Below are positions 46,988-58,469 of a stretch of DNA of 64,000 nucleotides, piece by piece (position 1 is the stretch's first letter; each line of letters begins with the position of its first letter). This stretch comes from Bacteroidales bacterium (lineage in GTDB: Bacteria; Bacteroidota; Bacteroidia; Bacteroidales; UBA932). The notes below the pieces were generated by a model, which was not told the origin of the DNA, did not search any database, and saw nothing but the letters and a program-made list of their open reading frames with translations. The stretch is from positions 18,769-82,768 of the forward strand of contig JAXGPW010000007.1 of assembly GCA_040766795.1 (NCBI GenBank), read 5' to 3'. Position numbers and translations under genes: made by a program.

Positions 46988-49900
46988 TCATTGATTTTTT
47001 CCGTGACAATTCTTATATTTTTTACCGCTTCCACATGGGCATGGGTCATTGCGGCCAACTTTTTTCTCTGCTCTGGCCGGGGCATTTGATTGGGGCTCAG
47101 AACTATTGGTAAGCAGATCGGGGCGGCTCTCCCTCATTCCACTCAGATCGGTTTTCTTAGTATGTTGCCCCTCCGTGGCAACCTCTTGCGGTTGTTGATC
47201 ATTCCTAAGGAAGAGGAATGAACGCAGGAGGAATGCAAGAACATCCCTGCTGATGCCCTCAAGCACCTTGATGAAGAGTTCGAAACTCTCCCCTTTGTAG
47301 ACGAGGATGGGGTCTTTTTGCTCATAAGCGGCATGCTGTACTGCTTGCTTAAGGTCATCCATATCCCGGAGATGGTTTTTCCAGTACTCATCAATAACTC
47401 TTAGGGTAATTGTCTTCTGTACGGCACGAATCAACTCCTTGCCTTTGCTCTCATAAGCCTTTCTCAGATCGACGAGTATGCCATACACCATCTTGCCATC
47501 GGATACGGGGATTTGTATATTCTGGTAAAACATCCTCTTTGTGTCATATACGTGGCTGATTACAGGCCATGTTTGCTCAATCAGGGTGTCAAATCTGCGC
47601 TGCATCACATTTTGAACACTTTGTTGGAGTTGTTCCGTGAGTTGAGCCTTATTGAAACGCTCATAGGAGGCTTCGTCAAAATCCGGAAAGATGGAAAGCA
47701 CCTTCATCAACTCTTCAGAGAAGAGATCATAAGTCAGATGACGGTTGGAGTCTACAAACATTTCGCAATAGTCTGAAATCATGTTTAGTACATCCACATC
47801 AATTCGTTCACCGGTCAGAGCGCTGCGTCTCTTGGTATATACAACCTCCCTCTGTGAGTTCATAACGTCATCATAATCTACGAGTCTCTTTCGCGTACCG
47901 AAGTTATTTTCCTCAACCTTCTTTTGAGCCCTCTCTATGGCATTTGATAGCATGGAGGCCTGAAGAGCTTCATCCTCCTGCATACCCATCGAATCGACTA
48001 CCTTGGAAATCCTGTCGGAGCCGAAGATACGCATCAGGTCATCCTCGAGAGATACATAGAAAATGGAGCTACCCGGGTCCCCCTGACGTCCTGCACGTCC
48101 TCTGAGCTGACGGTCAACGCGGCGGCTATCGTGACGCTCGGTACCTATGATTGCAAGGCCTCCGGCTTCCTTGACTTCATCCGATATCTTAATGTCGGTA
48201 CCACGTCCCGCCATATTGGTGGCGATTGTCACGGTACCGGGCTTACCTGCGTGGAGTACAACCTCAGCCTCACGTGCATGTTGCTTGGCATTGAGCACCT
48301 GGTGATCAATACCATGTAACTTCAACAGACGGCTCAGATATTCTGATATTTCCACAGAGGTGGTTCCTACGAGTACAGGGCGTTTTTCCTTAACCAGTTT
48401 ACCAATGTGCTCTATGACTGCATTATATTTTGCTTTCTTAGTCTTGTAGATCAAGTCGTCCTGGTCGTCTCTTATTATGGGACGGTTAGTAGGTATGACC
48501 ACTACATCGAGCTTATAGATGCTCCAGAACTCGCCGGCCTCAGTCTCCGCCGTACCTGTCATTCCCGAAAGTTTATGGTACATCCTGAAGTAATTCTGTA
48601 GGGTAATGGTGGCGAAAGTCTGTGTGGCTGCCTCGACTTTTACATTTTCCTTGGCCTCCACAGCCTGATGGAGGCCGTCGCTCCAGCGACGTCCTTCCAT
48701 TATACGGCCGGTACTCTCATCTACAATCTTTACCTTATTGTCAATTACCACATAATCCACATCCTTCTCAAACATTGAATATGCCTTCAAGAGCTGGTCA
48801 ACCGTGTGCATCCTCTCGGCTTTGAGGGAGTAATTGGAGTAAAGCTCATCTTTTTTCTGTCTCTTCTCCTCGGCGGGGATATCCATCTGGTCAATCTTTG
48901 AGAGTTCGTCGCCAAGCCTGGGCATCAGGAAGAAGTCAGCATCACCTACTGCCTTGGCAAGTACTTCGTTGCCCTTGTCGGTGAGCTCAACACTGCGCTG
49001 ATGTTCGTCTATGACGAAAAACAGATCGTTGGTGACAATTCTCTGTTCTATGTCCTTTTCAGTAAAGGCGGCCTTTATTATCTTACTCTGCACATCCTGC
49101 AAAATCTGTTTGATACCTGGCTCACTGAGATATTTAATTAGAGGTGCATATTTGGGGAGTCCCTTATGTGCTCTGAGTAGCAATATTTCCCCTTTATCTT
49201 TGATTTCGCCTGCGGCAATGAGTTTCTTTGCCTCGTTCAGGGTCTGGTTTACAAATGTGCGTTGTTCATTGTAGAGACGCTGCACATAAGGTTTGTACTC
49301 AATGAAGGTCTGGTCTCCGCTACGCTGTACCGGTCCCGAAATAATCAACGGGGTTCGTGCATCATCTATCAGGACCGAGTCCACCTCATCGACTATGGCA
49401 AAATGGTGTTTGCGCTGAACAAGGTCTTCAGGATTGAGAGCCATATTGTCCCTAAGGTAGTCGAAACCAAATTCGTTATTGGTGCCGAAGGTAATATCGG
49501 CATTGTAGGCACGTTTTCTTGCATCGGAATTGGGCTGGTGCTTGTCAATACAATCTACGCTTAGCCCGTGGAACATATAGAGGGGGCCCATCCATTCGGA
49601 GTCACGTTTGGAGAGATAATCGTTGACTGTCACAACATGAACACCTTTGCCTGCAAGAGCGTTGAGGAAGACGGGGAGTGTTGCCACAAGGGTTTTTCCC
49701 TCACCCGTAGCCATCTCGGCAATCTTACCTGCGTGAAGGACAGCACCGCCGTACAACTGTACGTCGTAGTGTACCATATCCCAGGTAATCATATTGCCAC
49801 CTGCCATCCAGGAATTTTTCCACTCGGCAATATCGCCTTTGATGGTGACAAAATCATGGGTTGTGCTAAGGTCGCGGTCAAACTGAGTGGCTTTGACTCT

Positions 49901-50287
49901 TATTATGGGATTGTCTTTAAATCTTCTGGCGGTTGATTTTACAATAGCAAAGGTTTCAGGGAGTACTTGATTGAGTATATCCTCAAGTTTGGTATCTATC
50001 TCTTTGATAAGCAAGTCAAGCTCAGTAGCAAGTTTCTCTTTTTCCGAAACGGCGATTTCCACATCTTCCAGTTGCTCTCTGATGGAGACCACTTTTGCCT
50101 CTTCAACCGCAACATAATCTAAAACTTTTGCCCTGATGGCAGCGGATTCATTCCTTAGCTCATCATCGGAAAGAGAGTCAATACGGCTATATGCATTATG
50201 TATATTGTTAAGTATAGGTTTTAGCTGCTTCAGATCTCTTTCAGATTTAGATCCGAACAACTTTTTAATTATATCCGAAAGTCCCAT
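46988..50287 (-). CDS. secA: preprotein translocase ATPase SecA
   Basis: 1099-aa uninterrupted ORF with MATGEGKTLVATLP, DEVDSVLIDDARTPLIISG, TNMAGRGTDI and the C-terminal zinc motif CPCGSGKKYKNCHG. Confidence 0.95.
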   Translation of the reverse strand: MGLSDIIKKLFGSKSERDLKQLKPILNNIHNAYSRIDSLSDDELRNESAAIRAKVLDYVAVEEAKVVSIREQLEDVEIAVSEKEKLATELDLLIKEIDTKLEDILNQVLPETFAIVKSTARRFKDNPIIRVKATQFDRDLSTTHDFVTIKGDIAEWKNSWMAGGNMITWDMVHYDVQLYGGAVLHAGKIAEMATGEGKTLVATLPVFLNALAGKGVHVVTVNDYLSKRDSEWMGPLYMFHGLSVDCIDKHQPNSDARKRAYNADITFGTNNEFGFDYLRDNMALNPEDLVQRKHHFAIVDEVDSVLIDDARTPLIISGPVQRSGDQTFIEYKPYVQRLYNEQRTFVNQTLNEAKKLIAAGEIKDKGEILLLRAHKGLPKYAPLIKYLSEPGIKQILQDVQSKIIKAAFTEKDIEQRIVTNDLFFVIDEHQRSVELTDKGNEVLAKAVGDADFFLMPRLGDELSKIDQMDIPAEEKRQKKDELYSNYSLKAERMHTVDQLLKAYSMFEKDVDYVVIDNKVKIVDESTGRIMEGRRWSDGLHQAVEAKENVKVEAATQTFATITLQNYFRMYHKLSGMTGTAETEAGEFWSIYKLDVVVIPTNRPIIRDDQDDLIYKTKKAKYNAVIEHIGKLVKEKRPVLVGTTSVEISEYLSRLLKLHGIDHQVLNAKQHAREAEVVLHAGKPGTVTIATNMAGRGTDIKISDEVKEAGGLAIIGTERHDSRRVDRQLRGRAGRQGDPGSSIFYVSLEDDLMRIFGSDRISKVVDSMGMQEDEALQASMLSNAIERAQKKVEENNFGTRKRLVDYDDVMNSQREVVYTKRRSALTGERIDVDVLNMISDYCEMFVDSNRHLTYDLFSEELMKVLSIFPDFDEASYERFNKAQLTEQLQQSVQNVMQRRFDTLIEQTWPVISHVYDTKRMFYQNIQIPVSDGKMVYGILVDLRKAYESKGKELIRAVQKTITLRVIDEYWKNHLRDMDDLKQAVQHAAYEQKDPILVYKGESFELFIKVLEGISRDVLAFLLRSFLFLRNDQQPQEVATEGQHTKKTDLSGMRESRPDLLTNSSEPQSNAPARAEKKVGRNDPCPCGSGKKYKNCHGKNQ

Positions 50288-50309
50288 ATTATGTATAAGA
50301 TTTAACCCA

Positions 50310-50317
50310 CAAATTTA
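50310..50317 (-). promoter_or_regulatory. candidate -7 element (TAAATTTG on the minus strand) for secA
   Basis: CAAATTTA on the + strand, ~23 nt upstream of the secA ATG (50287). Confidence 0.35.
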
Positions 50318-50469
50318 CTAATAAAATAGTAATAATTCACTTTATTTTCGCAACTTTAAAGTCTAAATGATATTTAGGCCTATCTGCCTTGCAGAGTGCT
50401 CCTTCATTTTGAACACATTCCTCCCTATGGATAAAGTAGAATAATCAATCCAACAATTTAGGTCAAAAT

Positions 50470-51710
50470 ATGAAAAAATTAATTTTAATTACTGTTTGCT
50501 CTCTTATTATGGCAGTCTCGTCGGATGTTTTTGCTTGTACTCGCTGCCATAATCTCGGTAGGGTTACCCTGACGGCAGACCACTTCTCTGGAAACATCGT
50601 GACACCGGTGCAGCCCAAAATCTGGTTAGGTATTTCCATGGAGATAAGTATGCTTTCTCAGCAGTCGCAGAGACCAATAATCCCAATCCCAGATCGGTTT
50701 GGATGGGAGTAAATGAGGCCGGATTTGCCATAATGAATACGAGGTCGTATAACATCGAACCCATCGACAACGAGGAAATGCAAGCAATAACGGCTATATT
50801 ATGAAAGCTAGCGCTTGGAGAGTGTGCTGATGCTATAGAGTTCGAGACTCTCCTCAACTCACTGGAAAAACCATGGCACATCTCAGCAAACTTTGGTGTG
50901 ATAGATGCACATAGCAATGCTTATTACTATGAGGTTAACAATGATGGATATATAAGATTTGATGTCAATGACCCCGCCACTGCACCTTTAGGTTATGTGG
51001 TTAGGAGTAACTTTTTCATTTGCAGGCGACACTGAGAGAGGTGTCGGTTATGTGAGGTATATGCAGGTTGACGAGATCGTAAAGGCGGGTGTGTAATGCA
51101 CAATGCGATGACTCCGGAGTACATTTTTAATGAACTTTCCAGATCTTTTGAAAATCCCCTTATTGGCGTTAACCTTAAGAATGGAGATTTCAACCGACCG
51201 AAAACTACAGGATGGTTTGTGGAGCAGGATTTCATTGCCAGATACACTACTACAAGTAGTGTTGTTGTGTATCAGGAGTTAAAAAAGGCGAGCCGGTAGG
51301 GAAATGACTACAATGTGGACTGTTATAAGTTACCCTCCTACGACAGTGGCTATGCCGGTCTGGGTATGTGGTGGTGAAGATGGCATACTCCCAATCCTAT
51401 CTCAAAATGAAGAGGGACGTTCAACGCTTGGGAATATGGGCTATATGATGAAGGAAAAGCCTATGCTCACGAAATCGAAAAGTCCCGCAAGAAGATATAC
51501 TTCAATTGGGAGCTTTTGTGGAATTTTCACGGCAATGGCTATATGCAGCTCGTTCAGCAGATTGAAAAGGAGCTTTTCAGAGAGTATAATCGCGCTATTG
51601 AAACTTGGCGTAACGAAGGAGCCATTAATCGTCGTCAGATGAAAAACCTCCATGACAAATGGAGCTCATTTATCGTGGAGAAATATTACGAACACTTCGA
51701 AATGAAGTAA
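50470..51710 (+). pseudogene. secreted Ntn-hydrolase of the C45 / acyl-CoA:6-aminopenicillanic-acid acyltransferase-like family; at least 5 frameshifts
   Basis: Signal peptide ending ..FAC-T (candidate nucleophile Cys). ..LWKHRDTG-like piece, SVWMGVNEAGFAIMNTRSYNIE, ..FGVIDAHSNAYYYEVNNDGY.. and ..FVEQDFIARYTTTSSVVVYQ.. are spread over three frames. Confidence 0.5.
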
Positions 51711-51774
51711 AGAGTCACAATATCTCCAACAACTACAAAACACCCGCGCAGAACTCCTGCACCCAACTCAAAAT

Positions 51775-51806
51775 CAACAAAGGGCACCCGCAGGTGCCCT
51801 TTGTTG
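51775..51806. terminator. bidirectional terminator hairpin between the C45-like gene and the ferredoxin gene
   Basis: CAACAAAGGGCACC-CGCA-GGTGCCCTTTGTTG: a perfect 14-bp stem. Confidence 0.7.
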
Positions 51807-51824
51807 TATGGTCGTTGCAATTAA

Positions 51825-51992
51825 TTATGCCTGCACGATAGCCCCTAGAGGACAAGCATCTGCACAAGCACCGCAATCAATGCACAAGTTGGGGTCAATC
51901 TTGTAGATATCACCTTCAGAGATAGCTCCTACAGGACATTCGTCAATACAAGAACCGCAAGCTGCACAGTTTTCAGTGATTTTGTAAGCCAT
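51825..51992 (-). CDS. small 2x[4Fe-4S] ferredoxin (55 aa; below the ORF-track cutoff)
   Basis: Minus-strand translation MAYKITENCAACGSCIDECPVGAISEGDIYKIDPNLCIDCGACADACPLGAIVQA has two CxxCxxCxxxCP motifs. Confidence 0.85.
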   Translation of the reverse strand: MAYKITENCAACGSCIDECPVGAISEGDIYKIDPNLCIDCGACADACPLGAIVQA

Positions 51993-52040
51993 GTTTAATT
52001 TTTTTAGTTATTTGATAGTTTCAATCATCAGTTGTGTCCG

Positions 52041-52048
52041 CAAAGATA
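52041..52048 (-). promoter_or_regulatory. candidate -7 element (TATCTTTG on the minus strand) for the ferredoxin gene
   Basis: CAAAGATA on the + strand, ~49 nt upstream of the ATG (51992). Confidence 0.4.
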
Positions 52049-52082
52049 ACATCTTTTTATCGGATTAATCAAATTATTTATA

Positions 52083-54964
52083 TCAATATCCGAAAATCTC
52101 TTTGAGCTCGAGTTTTTGGATGGGACCGTACTCCAAGAGTCTCTTCATATCAAAATCTTCATAGCGGCCGAGAATGCAGATGGTGTAGTAACGGTCTTTG
52201 ATGTTCTCCTGCTGGTACTTCACCACATCATCGAGAGTTAGAGTCTGTGCCTTTGCAAATACTTCGCGATTGATGTCATAATCCAGACCAAGTTTTTGCG
52301 CACTGATATATTGCCATAGAACATTATCCCTAACTGTGCGGGCTGTACGGAGATTACTGATTAGTGATTCCTGGGCTATGTCAAATGCATTTTGTGACAC
52401 CGGCATATTGTTGATGATTTCATCGAAGGCTGTCATAGCGTCAATCAGCTTGTCATTTTGTGTAGCGATGAAACTGGCGAAAAATGTTTCGTGTTCCAAA
52501 TCCGTAGGCAGATATACTCTGGCGTTTGCAGAATAAGCCAAACCGCGTGCTTCACGCATCTCCTGGAATACTATGGAGTTCATTCCGGAGCCGAAATAGG
52601 AGTTGTACAGGTTTGTTATGGGGACAATGGCCGGATCGTACTCCTGTCCGATGTTCGATACCGCTAAATAATAGAGCTGGTTGGCATCGAAAGGAGCAAG
52701 GAAGACTTTGGTGCCTTCGGTCTTAGCTATTTTATAGGGGTTCCCCGATACGACAGGGGTAAGGGATTCAGGCACATTGTGGGTCTCGGCAATCAGATTC
52801 ACTATCTTTTCTCCTGCAGCGGGTCCGTAATAGAGTATTTTGTGCTCCATCGTGAAGATGTTGTGGATTTTGTCAGTGAGATCGCTGCTTTTTAGATTTT
52901 TTATCTCTTGATCCGAGAGAACATTTGTGGAGGGATTCTCAGGGCCATAGATACCATATTGCTGGAGACGCGAGAAGATGTCCCTCTGTCCGAGCTTCGC
53001 ATTGGCACGCTCCTGAAGCATATTGCCCTTGAGCAGAGTGAGGACCTCCTCATCGGGTTGTGCATCAGCCACCAGTTCTTCCATCATTTTAACTGCCTCT
53101 TCCATATTCTCGCCGAGGCCGGAAATGGTTACGTATGTGCGTTCGCCTGTGCAACTTACACTAACCGAACAAGCGATCTTGTACAATGCCTTCTGAAACT
53201 CTTCCTTACTCATTGTACTTGTACCCAGATAACTGATATAGTCAGCTGCAATGGGAAGCACTTTGTCGGCATAGCTGCCCGTATCGAAGAGATATGAGGG
53301 TAAATAGGTCATTGATGGTGTTCTGCTTGTAGAGTACTTGTATATTGCTCTTGTGGTCAATATATCCATATCCTTTTCAAAGTCTACAAATACGGGTTCA
53401 ATGGGAGCCACCTGTGAAGCCTGAATCTCACGCAAGAATGCGCCAAAGTATCCCTATTGGTAAAAATAGTGATGGCAGGCTTAGCTATCTTGGTGTCCGC
53501 AGGGTCTTTTTCTCAATTTTGTCCACGCGGACGTAGTTGTCTGCGAAATGCTCATTGGCGAATGCTACCACTTCCTCTTTGGTAATCTTGGAGAGTCTGT
53601 CAACCTCGTTGGATGTAACTGGCCCGCGGCGATCCCATCGATAAAGCAGTTAACCAGAGAGCGCACAATGTATGATGCATTCTGGTTCTGTTGCATCTTC
53701 TGGCGTTTCATGTTGTTGATGATGGAGGGCAGGAGGTCATCATCAAAAGCGTTCGATTTGATTTTTCAAGCTCTTCGAATGCGATTGCAGCCACTTCGTC
53801 AAGAGTCTGTCCCTTTTTGGGCTCCCTTGATTATAAATACAGAGAAGTCTGCGAGAGAGTAGTTGCCTGCACCAATACCGAGAGTCTTTTGCTGTTGGTT
53901 GACGTTGAGATCAAAAAGACCTGCCGATCCGTTATAGAGGACTGAACGCAGAAGTTCGAGCATAAGGGCTTCGGGAGATGCAGCGCCGGGGAATCTCCAG
54001 GCAATTATTGTACTGGGAGACTCAACCCGAGAACCTCAACTTGCGAGGTTCGGTGATGGGATCTTCGGGCTCGAATTCGAGTTTGGGAAGATTGGGGTTA
54101 GGTTTGAGAGCTGAGAAATGTTTGTCTATGATTTTTATAGCCTTATCGGGGTCGAAATCACCGGCAAGGCAGACTGCCATATTATTGGGGACATACCACT
54201 CTGCTTTGTAATTTTTCACATTGGTAATGGAAGGATTCCTTAGAGATGATTAGCCCAGCTGATAACCGGAGTACCATAAGTATGTTTCTTGAATAGTTCG
54301 GCAAAGAGTTTTTCAAACTGCTGCTATCCATCGCAGCGTACATGTTGTACTCTTCGTAGATGGTCTCCAACTCGGTGTGGAATCCGCGTATCACACAGTT
54401 GGCAAACCTGTCTGCCTGGATTCTGGCCCAGTTGTCAATCTGGTTGGAGGGGATATTCTCCACATAGCATGTAACATCGTTGCCGGTGTATGCGTTTGTG
54501 CCGCGGGCTCCGATGCTTGCCATCAGTTTGTCATACTCATTGGGAATGGCAAGTTTGGAAGCTTCATAGGAGATGGAATCGATCTCTTTATAGATAGCTG
54601 TACGCTCCTCTTCATCAGTGGTAACACGATAAATCTCGAAGAGTTCTTCGATACGGTCGAGGAGTACCTTTTCCTCTTCGTAATTCTGAGTACCGAACTT
54701 CTCCGTACCCTTGAACATAAGGTGCTCGAAGTAATGGGCCAAACCGGTGGTTTCTACGGGGTCATTCTTGCTGCCTACGCGTATGGCTACGTGGGCATTG
54801 ACGCGGGGTTCATCTTTATTGACAACCATATAGACTTTTAGTCCGTTGTCAAGAGTGTAGATTCGTGCCCCCAGTGGGTCACCGGGAACTGACTCGTAAG
54901 AATAGTTGTTGCAAGATGCAAATACAAATAGGGTTGCGAGAAGCAGATAGATAATTCTCTTCAT
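52083..54964 (-). pseudogene. large M16 (insulinase/pitrilysin-like) zinc peptidase lipoprotein; many frameshifts clustered in 53436-54220
   Basis: N-terminal ORF 54182-54964 has lipobox FASC and HxxEH (HYFEHLMFKG). The C-terminal 450-aa ORF 52083-53435 is an M16 inactive-domain repeat. The ~750 nt between them has no minus-strand ORF of 60 aa or more apart from one 65-aa piece (54022-54219). Confidence 0.8.
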
Positions 54965-55012
54965 TGTAGTGTTGGATTATGTTTATTTGGTTCGATTTAT
55001 GCAAATAATAAA

Positions 55013-55020
55013 CAAAAATA
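55013..55020 (-). promoter_or_regulatory. candidate -7 element (TATTTTTG on the minus strand) for the M16 peptidase gene
   Basis: CAAAAATA on the + strand, ~49 nt upstream of the ATG (54964). Confidence 0.3.
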
Positions 55021-55035
55021 GCAAACTATATTTAT

Positions 55036-55043
55036 TATCTTTG
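55036..55043 (+). promoter_or_regulatory. candidate -7 element TATCTTTG for the DUF1573 gene
   Basis: Exact TAnnTTTG match 17 nt upstream of ATG 55060. Confidence 0.4.
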
Positions 55044-55059
55044 CCAAAAATTAAATAAA

Positions 55060-56157
55060 ATGAAGAAACTGCTGATCATAATAAGTTTGATTCTGAGCCA
55101 ATTCTGTGTCTATCAAATGGTTGCCCAGGAGCCGCAGGTAATGCTCGATGAGAGCAAGGTTATTAGTTTCGATAAAAAAATCCACGATTTCGGAGAGGTT
55201 ATGATTTCGGATGGGCCGGTAAAATGCACATTTACATTCACAAATATCAGTGATTCACCGATTGTGGTGCATAATATCATTTCATCCTGCGGATGTACCA
55301 CACCCCAATGGACCCATTCTCCGGTAAAACCGGGCGGAAAAGGCAAAGTGGATGTGGTGTTCAACAATGATCAGGGACCTTTTCCCTTTGATAAGACCCT
55401 TACACTCTATGTTTCGGGTGTCGGTCGTCCGGTTGTCCTAAGAATCAGGGGTATAGCTTATGAAAAAAGTAAAAATGTAGATGAGCTCTTCACCGGTAGA
55501 ATCGGACAGATGGGCATAAATAAAAGTGCAGTCTCCCTGCGAAACATAGAGCAGGGTGTACTCAAGCAGGACGAAATAGATATTGCCAATCTCTCCTCAT
55601 CTCCTCTGAAGGTGGAAACCAGAGAGGTTAGCCGCGGACTTCTGCTCACGGTTTATCCCAATCCAATTCCCCAAAAAGTATGGCCAAACTCACCTATACC
55701 GTGGATCCAACCCTTTATGCCGAAGCGTAGTTGGGGCAACAGACTTACAGGACGCTTCGTCTCAATGGAAAAAAACAGCCGGAAGAGTTCGCCTGTGAGT
55801 GCCGTGATAGTGGACAATTTTCGCGACATGAACGCAAAGCAGATAAAAAATGTCTATTATTTTCAATTGTAGAGAAGCCTTATTATAGTTTTGTACTGCA
55901 GTCAAAGGTACTGTACTGACATTTCCGTTATAAAATTAAAAATAAAGGCAAAAGTGAACTGCTGATACATACGGTGATAAAGAGCGGTTTGGTCAGATGG
56001 CCCAACACCGCCCGTATTAAAGCAGGAGAAAGCGCTACCCTAAACTCAAGTTTGATACAAGAGAACATTCCGAGAAATGATTAATATCCTTACTTTGATA
56101 ACAAATTCTCCATCCGATCCGATGGTAAATATTTTCATCACAGGTACCGTCAAATAG
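55060..56157 (+). pseudogene. DUF1573 domain protein (two DUF1573 repeats); several frameshifts after ~55650
   Basis: First repeat intact (HDFGEVMISDGPVKCTFTFTNISDSPIVVHNIISSCGCTTPQWTHSPVKPGGKG). The second repeat is recognisable only across frames (..IKAGESATL.., ..ILTLITNSPSDPMVNIFITGTVK-stop). Confidence 0.65.
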
Positions 56158-56169
56158 AACTAAACAGCT

Positions 56170-57293
56170 CTTTAACTGAAACACAAGGAAGAACAAAACC
56201 TCAAGGAGATTTTTTCGTAGATTACAATAATGAAGATACCGCACTTGTAATAAACAAGCGGAGCAGCCGCCCATCATCAATTCCAGGTAAATATTTTACA
56301 AAAAGAAACCCTCCTTGCTTTCCGTGGATAAGTATATAAAGGGCACAGCCGGAGATACTACATCCTCAGTCAGGCAATTACACTAATAGAGAGCTCATTG
56401 GTGGAACACTGTGAGATTGCACGAAAGGGAACACTGAGCGTTGTCAGATAATATTCGCACGGCAGCACTCCAGCGAGTAATAGGCATTACCGGAGTGCCG
56501 GGAGCGGAAAGCACTTTATAGAGGCTTTTGGCTCTTTCTAACCTCTCAAGGGATATAAGCTCGCAGTGCTGGGTGACAGATCCGAGTTCCGAACGCAGCA
56601 AGGGAAGTATTCTTGGGGATAAGACCAGAATGGAAACTTTCTGGTAATGATCCCAACGCTCTTTGATGCCTGGCCCAGCCCCAGTGGCTCGCTCGGAGGT
56701 GGGCACGAAAGACCCGAGAGGACAATTTTACTTTGTGAGGCTGCCGGCTTCGATGCCGCATTCATAGAGACGGTAGTAGGGCAGAGCGAAAACTGCCGTT
56801 CACTCCATGAGTGACTTTTACCGGGTTGATGCTTCTGGAGCCGGACTTGCTAGCATCAAGCGGGGAATCATGGAAATGGCCGACCTCATAGCCATTACTG
56901 GTATTGATGGCACCAACATATCCAAATCCAATATGGCGCGTGCTCTCTATTCCAATGCACTGCACCTGTTCCCTCCAACGGAATCGGGCTGGGTGCCAAC
57001 GGCACTAACCTCTTCCTCCGTTGTGCGCGAGGGACTCCCGGCTATTTTGCAGAAGATAGAGGAGTATTTGGTTTTTAATAAAGGCAAACGGATATTACTT
57101 CAAGAAGCGCAGGGAATGGTGGGCCAGATTTTGATGAGAAAGCATTGACGAATCACTTCAAGACTATGTTTTATGAAAACTCCCTGACAGAGGAAACTTG
57201 CCCGAATACGAAAGTTCGGTGCTGGAGGGTGAGATTGAGTCAGGTCTTACAGCCGCAACGGAACTGATCGAGAAGTATAAGCATACTAAATGA
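56170..57293 (+). pseudogene. meaB: MeaB/ArgK-type G3E GTPase (methylmalonyl-CoA mutase accessory protein); at least 6 frameshifts; start not resolved
   Basis: ..AITLIESS.., [31 protein letters not shown], ..LCEAAGFDAAFIETV.. and ORF 56807-57148 (GIKRGIMEMADLIAITG..ESGWVPTALTSS) lie in alternating frames. Ends ..IEKYKHTK-stop. Confidence 0.7.
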
Positions 57294-57296
57294 GGT

Positions 57297-58456
57297 GAGA
57301 AAGTTAGTAACTGAGTTCCTTTGCAACAAAGGAAAATCTTGAGGCACTCATTACCGGACTGGTAATCCGTAATGATGTTGATGATAGGTGCCCATCACCG
57401 CGCCTTCGCATGGAAAAATGGTTTGAGAGTGATCAAAGGGAGCGCTCAAACAAACAGGTCTTTTTAGTGGGACCCTTAGACTTATCCCCGGATGTGTAGG
57501 TGGATTTGCGGCGGTATCAAGTTTCATACGCACCGCCTGATAGGATTCGGCGCTTTGTTGTAATGATGATAGCACGCCTGGCATTATACTGTGATGCTGG
57601 CCTTATCCCCAAAGATGCCTGGATACTTTTTGGAGTTCTTTTTCGTCATTGCTATCGTCTCGGGACTTCTGATCAACTGTTTGCTCGCCTGAGGAGAGCG
57701 CAGCGTCGCATGACCGCTCAGAAGATGAGTTCGGAGGTGGCATACCGACGATCACCACCACCCGTTTGAAACCCTCATTTTCAGTATAGCCATAATATTA
57801 AGTATTTCTCCTGGGCGGAAAACAGCGGCAGACCCTTACTGCCTTCACCGTGGCTTTCGGATTTGGTGTTCTCGGCCACGACCACCATGAGGCAAGTCAA
57901 CGGCGTCACTGGTAAATGGTTCCCTGGAGTACGATCATTTCCACGACCATGCAGAAGACCATTTCCACCACCATGCACACGGTATCTCGCCGATGAATAC
58001 TGGATCAATTTGCTTTTCGCAATACTTGGTTTAGGCGTGCTTGTGGTAATTGCGGTTTCGGGTGACCATTTTATCAAGGAGCATTTGTGGGATCATGTCA
58101 TACGTAAACATTTTTTATCCATATTTCTATGGACAACCGTAGCACTGCTTTTAGTACAGCTAGGTCTTCATTATTTGAACATAGAGTCCTGGACAAGCGA
58201 TAATATCCCATTGATGATACTAATTGCGGTACTGGTCGGACTAATTCCGGAATCCGGCCCTCATTTGGTCTTTGTAGCCCTTTATGCAAGTCGTCTGGTG
58301 CCTTTTTCCGTATTGCTGGCAAGTTCAATTTCCCAGGACGGTCACTCTTCGTTGCCTCTCCTTGCCGAGACAAAGAAAGGCTTCTTGAAGGCAAAACTGG
58401 TAAATATGATCATAGGACTGATAGTAGGGTATGGGGCTTATCTTTTGAATTTTTAA
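57297..58456 (+). pseudogene. polytopic membrane protein resembling the putative 10-TM heavy-metal exporter family (ArsP_2-like) with a His-rich loop; at least 5 frameshifts in the first 600 nt
   Basis: Pieces ..SFLVGPLGLIPGCVGGFAAVSSF.., ..FFVIAIVSGLLINCLLA.., EYDHFHDHAEDHFHHHAH and the intact C-terminal half (ORF 57863-58456: ..GLIPESGPHLVFVALYA..SQDGHSSLPLLAE..). The family assignment is from memory of the Pfam model. Confidence 0.4.
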
Positions 58457-58469
58457 AATAGAATCTAAT

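Noticed and set aside
57351-57584. Minus-strand 77-aa ORF (..CEGAVMGTYHQHHYGLPVR), considered as a small Cys/His zinc-binding or MsrB-like protein
   Set aside because: No MsrB motifs (CGWPSF, RYCINS) could be recovered in any frame. The + strand of the same region encodes recognisable pieces of the membrane exporter (SFLVGPLGLIPGCVGGFAAVSSF), so the minus ORF is a shadow.
56170-58456. Functional link between the MeaB-type metallochaperone-family GTPase and the adjacent His-rich putative metal exporter
   Set aside because: The motifs identify the GTPase as MeaB/ArgK (mutase-associated), not a CobW/ZigA-type metal chaperone. Adjacency alone is weak evidence, and both genes are too fragmented here to judge.
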